From: Octopus sinensis
Lineage: Eukaryota
Length of the DNA stretch: 64,000 nt
Assembly (NCBI RefSeq): GCF_006345805.1
Contig: NC_043014.1
Span: 51,584,001-51,648,000 of the forward strand
Direction: 5' to 3'
Below, one piece after another: positions 1 to 13,644 of this stretch. Within the stretch, counting starts at the first letter, position 1. The number at the start of each line of letters is the position of its first letter. A program made the translations under genes and the position numbers. The notes beneath the pieces were generated by a model. That model did no database searches. It saw nothing but the letters and a program-made list of their open reading frames with translations, and was not told the origin of the DNA.

Positions 1-25
1 GTTTTCCCGTTTGGATTAACCTTAT
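1..25 (+). mobile_element. 3' tail of a family B element, truncated by the window edge
   Basis: gttttcccgtttggattaac followed by (TA)n matches the 3' ends at 21285-21304 and 38535-38553. Confidence 0.55.
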
Positions 26-148
26 ATATATATATATATATATCTTCAGATGAATTAGGTACTTAAGTTGAAGCACCAGAATTTAGTACGTTATTATCCA
101 TAAATCACCTTATACATATATATATATATGTGTATGCATATATATATT

Positions 149-193
<45 letters not shown>

Positions 194-979
194 ATATATA
201 TACGCACGCACACACATACGTAAATTAACATAAACAACCATGGTCAGTGTGTTACTATATTACCAAGAAGGAAAACTATAATAAACCCTAAATGTGTCTA
301 AGTATTTTAACACACCTACATTGCTAGAAATAAGAGCTAAAATGTTCTAATGCTGTAGTTAAAACACATAATTGTATAGAGATATGCTAACAGGGACTGT
401 AATACCCATACACAAACCCGCATATACCTACTTCGAGGATGTTGCAAGTGCATGAGAGTGGGGGTGGGTAAATAAATATGTATTTTTTATACCAAAAATG
501 TCCATCAGTTAGTTTATATTATAATTATAACAGATTTCAACTACAATTTAATATATGTTAGCGAGAATAAAAAAGAAAAAAAATCACTGTGACATTTGTG
601 GAACTTAATTAGCATGGGTTAGTAATTTGCAATTATGTTGTGTATTGAGGAACAGCACTTCCGCTTTTTTAACGGCCATGTAGTTGATCCCTGTTGAATG
701 AAATGAAATATGTAGCCTTGACATTTTAATTAATACATTTTTAAGTATGCTAATGCCTGGATTTCAATTTAGAATTTTGTATTGGAGTGCAACTGCATTG
801 ACATGCATGCAAACGCAAATATAAACATATATATTGCTACAACATATGTGTGAGTGTTTGTGTGTGAGTGTTCGCGTATTAAATTCTATCAGTTGAATTT
901 CCGTTAACGAAATAGTTTTAGGCGCCACTTCAGATTTTACATTATAATTAAGGCCCCCACTGTCTCAAACCTATCAGTG

Positions 980-980
980 A

Positions 981-1070
<90 letters not shown>

Positions 1071-1077
1071 CTATCTA

Positions 1078-1110
<33 letters not shown>
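980..1110. repeat. (TCTA)n then (TCTG)n microsatellite
   Basis: Direct observation. Similar tracts lie at 5985-6200, 28040-28105, 45085-45270, 50245-50342 and 51385-51440. Confidence 0.95.
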
Positions 1111-1618
1111 GTGTTTTTGTAGACACAGTTACACGCATATATGTAAAATGCATATATAGGACTCGATATTAATTAAAAATATCTACATAAATATCTGATC
1201 AAACACACACACATATACTACATGTGTTAATTAATGCAGTGTGTAATTATCCTGGGAACGTTTCAACCCATTTCACCACTAATGTGTCTATCTATATTCG
1301 TGTCTTCAAAATAATAATTCTCTAGCCTTATTTAATATTTCTCTGACCAAAGTCGGCGAGATGGCAGAATCGATGGCACGCCGGGCAGAAAGGTACTGAA
1401 ACAGAGGCAGTAAAACTGCGTCAGAGCTCTGGTCGTAGTTGGTGCGACGAAATTTTCGATACGAAACAATACATGTTAACATGGAATAAATAGTCCTTGG
1501 GTGTTTTTGAATGGCTAATACCTGTGTTCCACTCTGTAATTGTTTCAACACATGCTCTCACCTCAAGCTCAATTGCTAGGAAAGCATACCTCGGATACAC
1601 CTCCAACATCCCGTCACA

Positions 1619-1663
<45 letters not shown>

Positions 1664-1664
<1 letters not shown>

Positions 1665-1850
1665 GGCTCAGTGGTTAGAGCGTCGAGCATACGATCGTGA
1701 GGTTGTGAGCTCGAATCCCCGACCGGGCTGCGTGTTGTGTTCTTGAGCAAGACACTCTATTTCACGTCGCTCCAGTTAACTCATCTATAGAAATGAGTTG
1801 TGATGTCACTGGTGCCAATCTGTATCGGCCTTTGCCTTTCCCTTGGATAA
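1664..1850 (+). mobile_element. tRNA-derived SINE family S4 (V/Meta-like central domain)
   Basis: atggctcagtggttagagcg...tcgaatcccc...gtgttgtgttcttgagcaagacact. The head is homologous to 53097-53163. Confidence 0.8.
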
Positions 1851-1852
1851 AA

Positions 1853-2087
1853 TTTAGTGGTCAGGGTATTGGACTCGTGATCTTAAGATTGTGGTTTCCA
1901 TTCCTGGACCGGACGACTCTTTGTGTTCGTGAGCAAAACATTTCATTTACCGTTGTTCCAGACCACTTAGCTGGCAGAAATGAATAATTATGTGGACGGA
2001 CCGGCATCCGTCCAGGAGAGTAACATATACGCCACTGAAGCGGAGAAACTGGCCTTCATGAGCCTGGCATGGCTCGAGAAGAAAATA
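1853..2087 (+). mobile_element. Older tRNA-headed SINE directly downstream of S4
   Basis: tagtggtcagggtattggactc...ggtttccattcc head, then gtgagcaaaacatttc. Confidence 0.55.
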
Positions 2088-2089
2088 TG

Positions 2090-2127
<38 letters not shown>

Positions 2128-3150
2128 ATATATATATATATATTATATATATATATATATAATATATATTATATACAGAAAAGGAAAGAAACGGAGCGGC
2201 AATTAACTATTAGAAGTTGATCATTGGTATTAAATAATCATTATCCATTGTAGTTATTTTAACGACAATTAAACTATGACCATTTAATACCAATGATCAA
2301 TTTCTAATTGTTAATTGTTACTCCATTTCTTTTCTTATCTGAATATATTACACCATGGTTTACCATTTAAATTGCCAACTAATTTTAACCTATACATAGG
2401 TAATACATCAGCAGTGCCAACAGATATATTTATCCCTCAGACAGTTGCATAACCTCCAACTCATAATCTGTGTGTGTGTGTGTAGTGTCTGCTATATAAG
2501 GTGAAAAATCTGTCTGTAATTAATAATAGGTCACCTTGACAACGATTGACAAGAGTCTAATTATAAACATCGCATTCACAGCTAAGTAAACAATTAAATG
2601 CCGATCATTGAAACTTATTTGGTGCTTTGGTCATACAGAAATAATTAACTATGCTATAGATGTGAAGATAACAGCTCGACATTGGTGAATTTGAAATGCT
2701 TCTCTTTTCATTGTGTAATCTTGATATCTTTTGAAAAGGTGTCACTAATAAATTCGCCATATCAGTGTTGTGTGTGGCGATGATATCACATCAAGAAAGG
2801 CAACACCTGGCTCTGTATCTCAAACAACAGCAACAAAAACAACTACAACATAAACATGTTCACACCATCATTTATACAATTAAGTTTGATTTCACAAATA
2901 ACGTTTTGAACTATATCAACAGTTTCTAATATCGCTGAAATGCTTTAGAGATATTTCACAGGTCTAAGGATTTTTTTTTTCTTTCTTTCATAGTTAAAAA
3001 AAGAAATCGAAAGGAATTGGTGTTGTATCGATATGTACCGTGGAATGGTAGCCTATTTTCGGTGTGGTTCGTCAGGTTCTCAGATCTAATTCGAACGAAG
3101 TTGACATTGCATTTTCAACTTCTATATATCCGATATATCATACTTAATTC

Positions 3151-3352
3151 AGCGAGCTGGCAGAAACGTTAGCACGCCGGGCGAAATGCTTTGCGGTATT
3201 TCGTCCGCCGCTGCGTTCTGAGCTCAAATGCCGCCGAGGTCGACTTTGCCTTTCATTCTTTCAGGGTCGATAAATTAAGTACCAGTTACGCACTGGGGTC
3301 GATGTAATCGACTTAATTCGCTTGTTTGTCCCGTCTGTGTTTAGCCCCTTCT
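3151..3352 (+). mobile_element. tRNA-derived SINE family S3
   Basis: gcgagctggcagaaacgttagcacgccgggcgaaatg...ggtcgactttgcctttcat. At least 10 copies occur in the window. Confidence 0.85.
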
Positions 3353-3354
3353 GT

Positions 3355-3546
3355 ATGTTATATATATATATATCTATATATATATATATTAATATAATAT
3401 ATATATTATATATAATATATATATATATATGTATATTAATATATATATGTATATTAATATATATATGTATATTAATATATATGTATATATATATATATAT
3501 ATATGTTGGTGTGTGGTGTGTATATATGTATATGTGTATATGCATA

Positions 3547-3579
<33 letters not shown>

Positions 3580-3692
3580 GTATTTATGTATATGTGTATA
3601 TATGTATGTATATATATGTATATATATATATGTATGTATGTATATATATGTATATATATGTATATATATATATGTATGTATGTATATATATG

Positions 3693-3730
<38 letters not shown>

Positions 3731-3780
3731 TATGTATTTATGTATATATATGTGTGTGTATGTCTGTGTGTGTGTGTATA
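3355..3780. repeat. (TA)n/(TATG)n microsatellite
   Basis: Direct observation. Confidence 0.95.
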
Positions 3781-4272
3781 CGCCCATACACAAACAAACA
3801 CGCATACACCCGTATCCACCGAAAACACGGAGCAAATGAGGCCCGTACAATTCCACAGATTCTCGGACAAGTGTTTAAGAAGAAAAAAAACCCATTCCGG
3901 TAATGCTTACGCTATGTATGTATTTGAATAGCTCTGTTGGTGTAATAATTGCAAACGGAAATTGAAGCATTTTTGTATTGGCATCAATAAACGGTTGCAT
4001 GGATATAGCTTAGTAAAACTCGAGAGTTCTACAACACGTTGGCGTGGAGACCTGCCAGATTGAATTGTAGTAACCTTGGATATTGGCTTATGTCGAAATG
4101 AGATTTGAAATTACTGAACGGTAGTAAAATTATGTGTATGTAAAATATTTATATACACGTGTTCCTGTTTGTGTGTGTGCTTGGTGTTTGTATATTATGT
4201 ATGGAATAGGTTTTAATTTGGACACAACAGTGCGTCACGTTACACGATTCTACAGGGAGGCATACGAACTTG

Positions 4273-4303
<31 letters not shown>

Positions 4304-4445
4304 ATGTGTGTGTGTGCGTGTTTGTGAGTGTGTATTTGTGTGTGTGTGTGTGTAATGCATTCATATATGTACACATACACATGTTCAACCTGTTACATGA
4401 TTTTGTTATCCTTACATATAGGCGCAGAAATAACTCGCATATATT

Positions 4446-4491
<46 letters not shown>

Positions 4492-4575
4492 ATATATATA
4501 TATATGGCGGTGCCCCAGCATGGCCACCGCTCGTGAGCTGAAACTAGATAAAATAAAAAAATATAATAAAAAAAA

Positions 4576-4613
<38 letters not shown>

Positions 4614-4896
4614 ATGTGAATGTGTGTGTACTTGTGTATCTATGCATGTATACATGTGTGTAATATGAATGCATAACTATCTATGTGTGTGTATGTATAT
4701 ACATATGGGTGTGTGTGCGCGTGTGCCTAATAACAGGTAAAGCTATTCCGCTATTTCTTAATTCATAATTTCTATGAAAAATTGCTATAAACCCCAGTGT
4801 TTATAATTTGTTCCTACGTACGTTTCGCATGTGTGGTGCTTGGAATTTTACAAAAATGGTATCTCACAAAAATGTTATCACACACAAATACATACG

Positions 4897-5215
4897 TACA
4901 TACAACGGGCTTCTTTCAATTTCCGTCTACCAAATCTACTCACAAGTCTTCGGTGGGCTCGAGGCTGTAGTGGAAGATACTTTCCCAACGTGCCATGCAG
5001 AGGGACTGAACCAGAAACCACGTGGCTTGGAAGCCATCTTCTTACCATACAGCCACGCCCGCGATGGCATTTTAGTTTCCTTATACCAAATCTACCCACA
5101 AAGTTTTGGTTGGCCCGTGGCTAAAGAGGGAAACACTAGTGAAAGCTGCCGTACAGTAGGATGCAGCCTAATTCCACATGCTTGAGAATCAAGGTTCTTA
5201 CGCACAGCACCAAGC
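4897..5215 (-). mobile_element. Two degenerate S2 heads in tandem
   Basis: ttccgtctaccaaatctactcacaag (4920) and ataccaaatctacccacaaag (5083), each followed by a reversed tRNA-like head. Confidence 0.65.
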
Positions 5216-5228
5216 CTGCACCGTGTAT

Positions 5229-5515
5229 CAGGCTATCAGATGTTGCTACACATCGCTGGTCACAATGAGCTTCGCATTGTTTTAGCCTTCAAATGACGCC
5301 ACCCCGCTGGCTAAGCGACTAGGCCAACAGAAGAAAGAGTGAGAGAAATTTGCGGCGAAAGAGTACAGCACGGATCGCCACCACTCTCTGCCGAGGGAGG
5401 TGGAGCTTTAGGTGTTTTCGATCAATGAACACTCCCGACGACCGGTCTGGGAATCGAAACCGCGATCCTACGACCGCGAGTCCGCTGCCCTAACCACTGC
5501 GCCATTGCACCTCCA
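5229..5515 (-). mobile_element. S1-related SINE subfamily (same head, different 3' tail)
   Basis: The head matches S1. After gagtgagag the sequence diverges to cttctgttggcc...atctgatagcctg. Confidence 0.8.
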
Positions 5516-5522
5516 TATATAT

Positions 5523-5599
<77 letters not shown>

Positions 5600-5988
5600 T
5601 GTGTGTGTGAGAGAGAGGGAGAGTGTGTGTGTGTGTGATAGTCTGGATAAAGTTCCTCTCTATATCTGGGCCTCTGGGGGGAAATATGATTCATATCATT
5701 CTTTAAGTGGTTAATTTATCTGAAATAACTATGACTCAATTAATTTAGGCAAGAGGAAGTCAATCAGCAGAGGAAATCATTTGCTTGGTTTCTGTTTATT
5801 TTCACCGCTCTCTCTATTTACTTTCATACGCCAGTATGTATAACATCTGCTTTACAAGCATCACAAATTACAATCAAGTGTTCGTATATAACTTGTCAAT
5901 CATGTTCTCCCACTCTAAGCAGCAGAAGTTAAACACTTCGTGAATGATTACAGCCACGATGCGGAAGCCTACAATATCTTTCTGTCTG

Positions 5989-6021
<33 letters not shown>

Positions 6022-6022
6022 G

Positions 6023-6087
<65 letters not shown>

Positions 6088-6124
6088 ATCTCTCTCTCTC
6101 TCTCCTCTCTATCTATCTATCTAT

Positions 6125-6158
<34 letters not shown>

Positions 6159-6294
6159 CTATCTCTATCTCTCTCTCTCTCTATCTATCTATATATCTAG
6201 TTAGCTGTCTCTCCATCGCAGTCTCTCTTAGCCAACAGCTGACACTGTAGTAATTCCCCAGCATTAGAAGCTGTGCAAAGGCAATAATGATAAT

Positions 6295-6410
6295 AATAGG
6301 TTCGAAATTTCCCCAAGACACCTGATGAAGGCGGGAGAGAACATCAGCCGAAATGTTGTGTTAACAACAATCAAGATGAGGACAAATATCTGTCAACTGT
6401 AAATAACGTA
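6295..6410 (+). mobile_element. Family A hammerhead-bearing repeat (degenerate HHR at 6318-6361)
   Basis: acac-CTGATGA-AGGCGG...CAGCC-GAAAT-GTT-gtgt, then aacaacaa..gatgaggacaaatatc. Homologous to the two copies at 19.3-19.6 kb. Confidence 0.65.
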
Positions 6411-7091
6411 CCTTCATAAGACCTTCCGAAACGTCCGCCTATACGTTGCACTGAGTGAGTAATTGAAATCAACGTTAATCCCGGAAGGGACTTAGTGAAC
6501 AAGAGGAAAACTCAAAACCCAAAACTGCAAAATGTTGTCCAATACACTGATACTTACACACTCGTCTAGTCGTTCAGTAACTTAAATAGAAGGAAACCCT
6601 TCCTTGGCCTCGTTTGAGAAAACATGTATGGCATGGTATATTGTTTTGCTCTCTAATACTTCTGCTAGTTCACCTCCCAATCTTGATCAAATATTAAATA
6701 CTTATCACTACAGGGTTTGGCAGAATCCAGACAAAATCAAAAGATATTTTATACCATTGCGTTCCGCAGATCTGTCGATCAGAGAACCGCCGGTTTGCGC
6801 CTATCTTGAATCACGCAAACGACTTTCCTTCATCATTATGGCACGATAGACTATTGATACACAACTTTTTTATTCGCCTGTGTTTGTTACACACTATGAT
6901 TACTTTTCTTTTTTTGGTGACGGGGGGGGGCAAAAATTACTAAATAATGTCTAGAGTAAATGGCGCCGGTGCACATTCGATTGTATATTAAAACAACTAT
7001 GAACACACCCTCCATCCATAGACACATAGCTACATACAATATACATATATATACTAAATCTAAAAAAACGTTTATACATACCACATATATA

Positions 7092-7119
<28 letters not shown>

Positions 7120-7131
<12 letters not shown>

Positions 7132-8240
7132 TGTATGTATGTATATTGAATATTATATATATATATATATGTAGTATGTATATTGAATATATATATATTA
7201 TGTATGTATGTATATTGATATATAATATATATAGATGTATGTATGTGTATATTGAATATATATATATATATGTATGTATGTATATTGAATATATATATAT
7301 ATATGTATGTATGTATATTGAATGATATATATATATATATGTATGTATGTATGATATTGAATATATATATATATATATGTATGTATATTGAATATCTATA
7401 TATATATATATGTATGTATGTATATTGAATATATATTATATATCTGTATGTATGTTGTATTGAATATATATATATATATATGTATGTATGTATATTGAAT
7501 ATATCTATATAGATATGTTGTATGTATATTGAATATATATATATATATATGTATTCTGTGTATATTGAATATATATATATATGTATGTATGTATATTGAA
7601 TATATATATATATTATGTATGTATGATATTGAATATATATCTATATATATATATAGTATGTATGTATGTATATTGAATATATATATATATATATGTATGT
7701 ATATTGAATATATATATATATATCTGTATGTATGTATATGAATATATATATATATATGTATGTATGTATATTGAATATATATATATATATGTATGTATGT
7801 ATGTATATTGAATATATATATATATATATGTATGTATATTGAATATATATATATATATATGTATGTATGTATATTGATATATATATATATATGTATGTAT
7901 GTTATATTGAATATATATAATATATATGTATGTATGTATATTGAATATATATATATATATATGTATGTATGTATATTGAATATATATATATATATGTATG
8001 TATGTATATTGAATATATATATATATATATGTATGTATGTATATTGAATATATATATATATATATGTATGTATGTATGTATATTGAATATATATATATAT
8101 ATATGTATGTATATTGAATATATATATATATATATGTATGTATGTATATTGAATATATATATATATATATGTATGTATGTATATTGAATATATATATATA
8201 TATATGTATGTATGTATATTGAATATATATATATATTGCA
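7120..8240. repeat. Compound minisatellite, unit (GTAT)2-3-ATTGAA-(TA)n of about 30 bp
   Basis: More than 30 tandem units, read directly from the sequence. Confidence 0.95.
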
Positions 8241-8744
8241 CGCACATATTCGCACGAACTAGTGCACGTATACATTATGCCGTGTGTGTGTGTTGTGCTG
8301 CTAATAATTAATTAATGACGCTCTAGACATATTATGATGGATCATCCGATACGCGGGGTGTAATGTACAGAACAAATATATATTTTTGCTATCCCTGTGA
8401 TCAGTAATGAAATAGACAGACAGGCACGGACATATGTAAACAAATGTATAGTTTTTTCTTGTTCAATCGCGCTGTGAGCAGAAATTGAAACCGATACATG
8501 TTTATATATCGGTTGGCAGATGTTCGATCACATTTTGTAGCAGTGAAATGAAACAATTATGTATCTTACGGTATAACGAAATGTATATACATATATATAT
8601 ATATACGCACTAATTTATCCTCGCCCAAACAAACCAGTACCAGTTATCAAGTGGTTTATGGGAAAAGAAAGTCAAGTAGGATGATGCACTCTCATAACCA
8701 TATACTCACGCACACACATAAACATAGAGAAGCATACACGTGGT

Positions 8745-8890
8745 GGGCTTCTTTCTGTTTCCATCTACTAAATCAACTCACAAGGCTTTGGTCAACCTGA
8801 GGTTATAGTAGAAGACTCCCTGCCCAAGGTGCCACGCAGTGCGATTGAACTTGCAACCCTGCAATAAGCAAACTTATTACGCACCCACAC
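8745..8890 (-). mobile_element. Degenerate S2 head
   Basis: ctcacaaggctttggtcaacc...gcccaaggtgccacgcagt. Confidence 0.65.
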
Positions 8891-10323
8891 ATTGATTAAC
8901 CACCTTTCTAATCTCTGGAGTAACCATTATAAACATAATCACTTGTATAGCAGGCAAATAAATCATACTTCAATAGGCAGAGTAACTGAAATTAGCCTAT
9001 TGTATCGAACTCAGTTTCCCAATTGGATAATATGCTACGTAGATCGCGGTGGAATTCGAACTGACAAGGGAAACCGGACGTAATGCCACCTTACCATTGA
9101 GTCCAGTGTTAAAAGTTCAGCGTCACCACCGTTCCATTCGTGAAAAAGATATATATCAAAGATGGTAGTGGTAGTAGTAGTGGTACTTATAAAGGGCCGT
9201 AGTAGCGGTTGTAATAGTAGTGAAAGTGGAAGCATCATAAATATTCACCCACGATAAGTTTTATACCTTCGTGGTGTGTTTAAAGGCAGACATACACACC
9301 TGCCTATATACGTATATACTTATAAACTAACGCTCTCAAATTTCCGATGGCCCTCTCGGTTTTTCTTGCATTTAAATTGCTCTTTAAAACAAATGAGACA
9401 AATAGGAAACTAAAAAGGGAAATTTATTGTAAAGATAAATGATAAAAAAACTTTAAAAAACTGTATAAACAGCGAAAAGGATTCGAAAGAAAATAATCTC
9501 CATTTATTTTATTTTCTGTCTTATTTATTTGGGTATTTTTTTTTTTGTACTTTCAAGAAAATTCCCGGAGGAATTTTTCAATTTATATCATCTTTCAGCA
9601 ACTCTCACTAAAAACCGACCCACATTCTTGGTTCCAAGCTGTCTTCTACCCACTATTTTATTTTTTACATTCACTGTGTGTCTACGCGCCAGTCATTTTT
9701 TTTTTTAACATGTGTATACGTGTGTCTGTCTGCGAGTATACAGGTTTTCTGTTGGTGTATATATATGTAAGCGTATATGTGTATATAGTTATATGCGCGT
9801 GTGTATATTTAGGTGTGCGTATATATATATGTTGGTACGTGTCTATTTGCGTGTGTCTTTGTTTGTGTGAGTGTGTGGGTATTTTTTCGGTTTCTTCTTC
9901 CTATATATCAGCAGTATTTATTCAAAGTTGTCAAGTTTTGGGAAGAAATGCCCGAAGCTTATCTAGGAAATGCCTTTTAGTGAAAGACTTTTATTTCCAT
10001 TATCAAAATATCATATCAGCTAACTAAACAGACAACTAGTGAAGTAGGGACCATGCTGATATCTATCTATCTATCGTTCTATCTATCTTTCAATCTATCT
10101 ATCTTTTTTTCTATCTCAACGTACCTGCCCGTCTCTCTTCCCCGATTCTTTGTTATATGTGTGTGTGTGTGTTTTGCCCCAGCAGAGCCTGGACTTACGG
10201 CTAAAACCAGTAATAGTATTAATATATTTGTACGTATATATTCCTTTACGCGTTACAGCCTAATGTTCGTCGTCATGTTATATACTATATATATATATTT
10301 ATTTACATATATACATATCTTTC

Positions 10324-10354
<31 letters not shown>

Positions 10355-10699
10355 CTTACTTTTTATTTATTTGGGTTTAATCCAGGGACTTAGGCCATGC
10401 TGGTGCTCTGCCTTTACTATACCTTGGGCTTTTCCCAGTATTGCCTCTGCTGAAGTAGCGAGTTTGTCTTTGCCGCTCGTCTTTGTGCCTCCTGCCACAC
10501 TGTGGGATCATCCGGTTTGGGGGGTGAAAAAAAAAACTCTTTGGACATTTTTTGAAACCTTCCATGCCCACACTTCGCTGATCCCAGATGTTCTGTGGTA
10601 GGGCATCAAAAAATTGGTGTTCCTTGAATCCCAAGCTATTACAATACTGGGTTTTATATATATATATATATAATATATATATATATATATAATATATAT

Positions 10700-10901
10700 A
10701 TTTCTTTACTGCCCACAAGGGGCTAAACACAGACGGGACAAATAAGGACAGACGAACGGATTAAGTCGATTAATTTATCGACCCCGAAAGGATGAAAGGC
10801 AAAGTCGACCTCGGCGGAATTTGAACTCGGAACGTCACGACAGACGAAATACAGCTACGCATTTCGCCCAGCGTGCTAACGTTTCTGCCAGCTCGCCGCC
10901 T
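10700..10901 (-). mobile_element. SINE S3
   Basis: Reverse complement of the S3 consensus, with an internal deletion. Confidence 0.85.
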
Positions 10902-10911
10902 TTATAATGTG

Positions 10912-10946
<35 letters not shown>

Positions 10947-11204
10947 CACTGAAATACCCACAAGCGCACAAATATATATAAAACTTGATGAAATGTCATA
11001 CCTAATTTTCGTATTGTATTTATGAAATAATATTTTAGAGTTTTGATTCAATCTCTAAAACAATGTCAGTGTATTTTCTCTGGTACAGCAGCACTACTTT
11101 ACTGTAGAACATGTGTAAACTACATCTGAGTATCGCTCCTTTGTTTTAAATATACACTCAGGTTTCTTTGACGGCTGCCATTGAAGCTTTGGAAATTACC
11201 TTAC

Positions 11205-11266
11205 CGATGTATTGTATCTAAACCAGGTGATTCTTGTGAGACCTTTGATCGAGATCGGATATAAAT
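11205..11266 (-). CDS. Candidate 62-nt internal exon
   Basis: Acceptor ttgaatctgtttaaag, donor gtaagg. Reads xLYPISIKGLTRITWFRYNTS or IYIRSRSKVSQESPGLDTIH. Confidence 0.2.
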
Positions 11267-11948
11267 CTTTAAACAGATTCAAAAATGACAGTGTGACATA
11301 AAAAGAAAGAAAATACGTCAGAACTTTTCTAAGAATATCGAAAAGTTTCTTTATAATCACATTTTTGGGTAGGGTAGAAAATTCGAATATATTGTTTTCG
11401 AGCGAAGCTGTATTTATAAAGGAGTGAAAGATCTTGGAAAAGAGACGCATTTGAAAAAGAAAATTTAGGATGGAGTTCTCTGTAAAATGTTTATTTCCTT
11501 TGATGTTGGTGCGGACAGAATAAATCTTAAGTTAGATCTGATTGATTAGTAGAATATTTTTCAAAGAGAAGCCTTGAATCTTGTCAGAGGAAGGTCAAAT
11601 GTGATCTTCACAAGACTTGGGTTATATGAAGTCCTCCCAAAACTTCTGCGTCAAAGACAGACGCCCATTCACCTCATTGTACAAACAGGCGCGCAAACAT
11701 ACACATACACACATTTGTCTACATACACATACACACATTTGTCTACATACACATACACACACAAAAATCACATACGCTCGTATATACTTAAAAAGCCTCG
11801 GCTGCAGAGAAATATTAGGAATGTAAACAAGCGTTTTCTATGCTTCATCAGAAGTATTCACCACAAAGTTTCCTCTTGAAAATCTCACGGAAGAATGTCT
11901 TCTAATTTTATATATTTTGTGTCCGTTTCCTTGCGCATCCCCTGTATG

Positions 11949-11979
<31 letters not shown>

Positions 11980-12274
11980 ACTCACACACTCACACACACA
12001 CACACTCACACACACTCACACACACTCACACTCACACACACTCACACAGACACACACACACTCACTCACTCACTCACTCACTCACTCACTCACTCACTCA
12101 CTCACTCACTCACTCACTCTCTCTCTCTCTCTCACACACATACACACAACACACCCATAGATGTTACAGCGTCTGACAGAAAACTTTGCTGTGACATTTG
12201 TTTCGGTCCCGTTAACTTTGAACTCAGATTTCCTGCACTCCATGCACTTGCATTCCTTATTTAGGTTTCATTAG

Positions 12275-12389
12275 ACAAAGTGCCTCCTCAGTGCTGGTGC
12301 ATCTCTCTGTGCTCTCGAGATAATCCAGCATGAAATTGGAATTAGTTTAAGCGTGGATGGGCTGAATGGATTGTTATCTTTTCTCATGG
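12275..12389 (+). CDS. Candidate exon, hydrophobic peptide
   Basis: Acceptor ttatttaggtttcattag, donor gtattt. Reads TKCLLSAGASLCALEIIQHEIGISLSVDGLNGLLSFLM. Confidence 0.18.
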
Positions 12390-13124
12390 GTATTTGAAAC
12401 ATGCAGGGATTATGCGATAGAATGGTAAATTTTACCCCATCTTCCTTCATTGCAGCTAGCTTTCGAAAATTGAATAGAGTTTGACTAATGTAGAGGAACA
12501 AATCTCTTTAGAATTACTGTTTGAACAAATACCAGGCATTTGTTAGAATATAATCTGAAATGAAAGCAGAGGGGAAAAGCTGAACATTAAATGCGGGATT
12601 AGGGTAACTACAGAAATTATAAAAAGGTCATTAGGGAAAATGAAGGGGTTTGAAAGGGTACAATGTATTAGCTTAGATACGGGTGTTTGACGGTTGAAAC
12701 ATCGCCTGTAGTTGAGAAATTTCGAAATGACTATGTTTATTGCGACAGTATACGCGAACAAAATGTTTAAGAAGGAATATCTATTTATATATTGAGTAAA
12801 ATGAGTCAACAAAGCCAAGGCAGTGTGACATTTCTAGGGCATTTATAAAGACATGGGTTTCAGGAATATAAAGGATATCCCGTCATAAGAGACGATGTGA
12901 GGAAGTTAACAGAAGGAAATAGTAGTTCAGTATAAAATGTTATTTTGGAAAGGGGTACATATAGGAAATATAAAGGGATATATGCAAATAAAAATATGTT
13001 TGGAGTTACTGTTGCAGTTCCATTATCCAAGGAATGTGCTGTATAGAATGGGTAAAGAAGTTTCCTGTCCATGGCGTGTATTTTATTATAAATGTGTATA
13101 TATATATATTTATACATATATATA

Positions 13125-13270
13125 TATGGCGCTCAGGAATAGAAATAGAAAAAGTCTTTTAAGTTTCGAGCCTACGCTCTTCGACAGAAAGATACACAGA
13201 AAAGAAACAAGGAGAGAAATAAGGAGAGAAAAAAATGCGTGTAGGAGCTAACGATCTATCATGGCGTCCT
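13125..13270 (-). mobile_element. Family C hammerhead-like element; motif at 13155-13192
   Basis: Reverse complement tcttt-CTGTCGA-A-GAGC-gtag-GCTC-GAAAC-TTA-aaaga. Homologous to the 33.3 kb and 34.1 kb copies. Confidence 0.7.
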
Positions 13271-13429
13271 GACTTCGGACATATACACTCTAATATCGAA
13301 CAGTGAGAATGAGGGATCAGCACTGCATTGGTGGATAAATATTCTTTATTTGGGGGTTAACATGACTACCAACGTTTTCATATTAGGTGGGGCTCTCTTT
13401 AACAATTGGTACCCATTCTATCCCACTCC

Positions 13430-13474
<45 letters not shown>

Positions 13475-13586
13475 TTATTTAATGTAGGATAAAATGGCAA
13501 GCATATTAAAAATACCTTTAAAGGTTAAAATTATAAACAACTTAGAAATAAACGAAAAAAATTTCTAATGTCAGATATGCCACATG

Positions 13587-13644
13587 TATCACTGACGAAG
13601 GGAGGGTTCTTACGAACTAAGCCTGAAATCGGTCCGATATGGTA
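13587..13644 (+). ncRNA. Type-I hammerhead ribozyme, family E (canonical core)
   Basis: tatca-CTGACGA-AGG(gagg gttc ttac gaac taag)CCT-GAA-ATCGG-T-CCGAT-A-tggta. Stem I is tatca/tggta, stem II AGG/CCT, stem III ATCGG/CCGAT. AUA triplet, predicted cut after 13639. Confidence 0.8.

Noticed and set aside
3261-8275. Long Y/I/C/V/H/T-rich ORFs (up to 283 aa), with similar ones at 31968-32536 and 57664-58374
   Set aside because: They are translations of TA/CA/ATT microsatellites, not proteins.
10345-10650. Scrambled S2-like stretch, considered as a hyper-edited retrocopy
   Set aside because: The differences are not A-to-G biased and include homopolymer noise, which fits low-quality sequence or heavy decay better.
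11161-11300. Plus-strand frame GFFDGCH-TGA-SFGNYLTD as a possible selenocysteine read-through
   Set aside because: It matches no selenoprotein family I recognise, no SECIS is evident, and competing exon readings exist on both strands.
12540-13080. Purine-rich block with short protein-like frames, a possible decayed retroelement ORF
   Set aside because: All frames contain stops and I found no RT, endonuclease or integrase motif.
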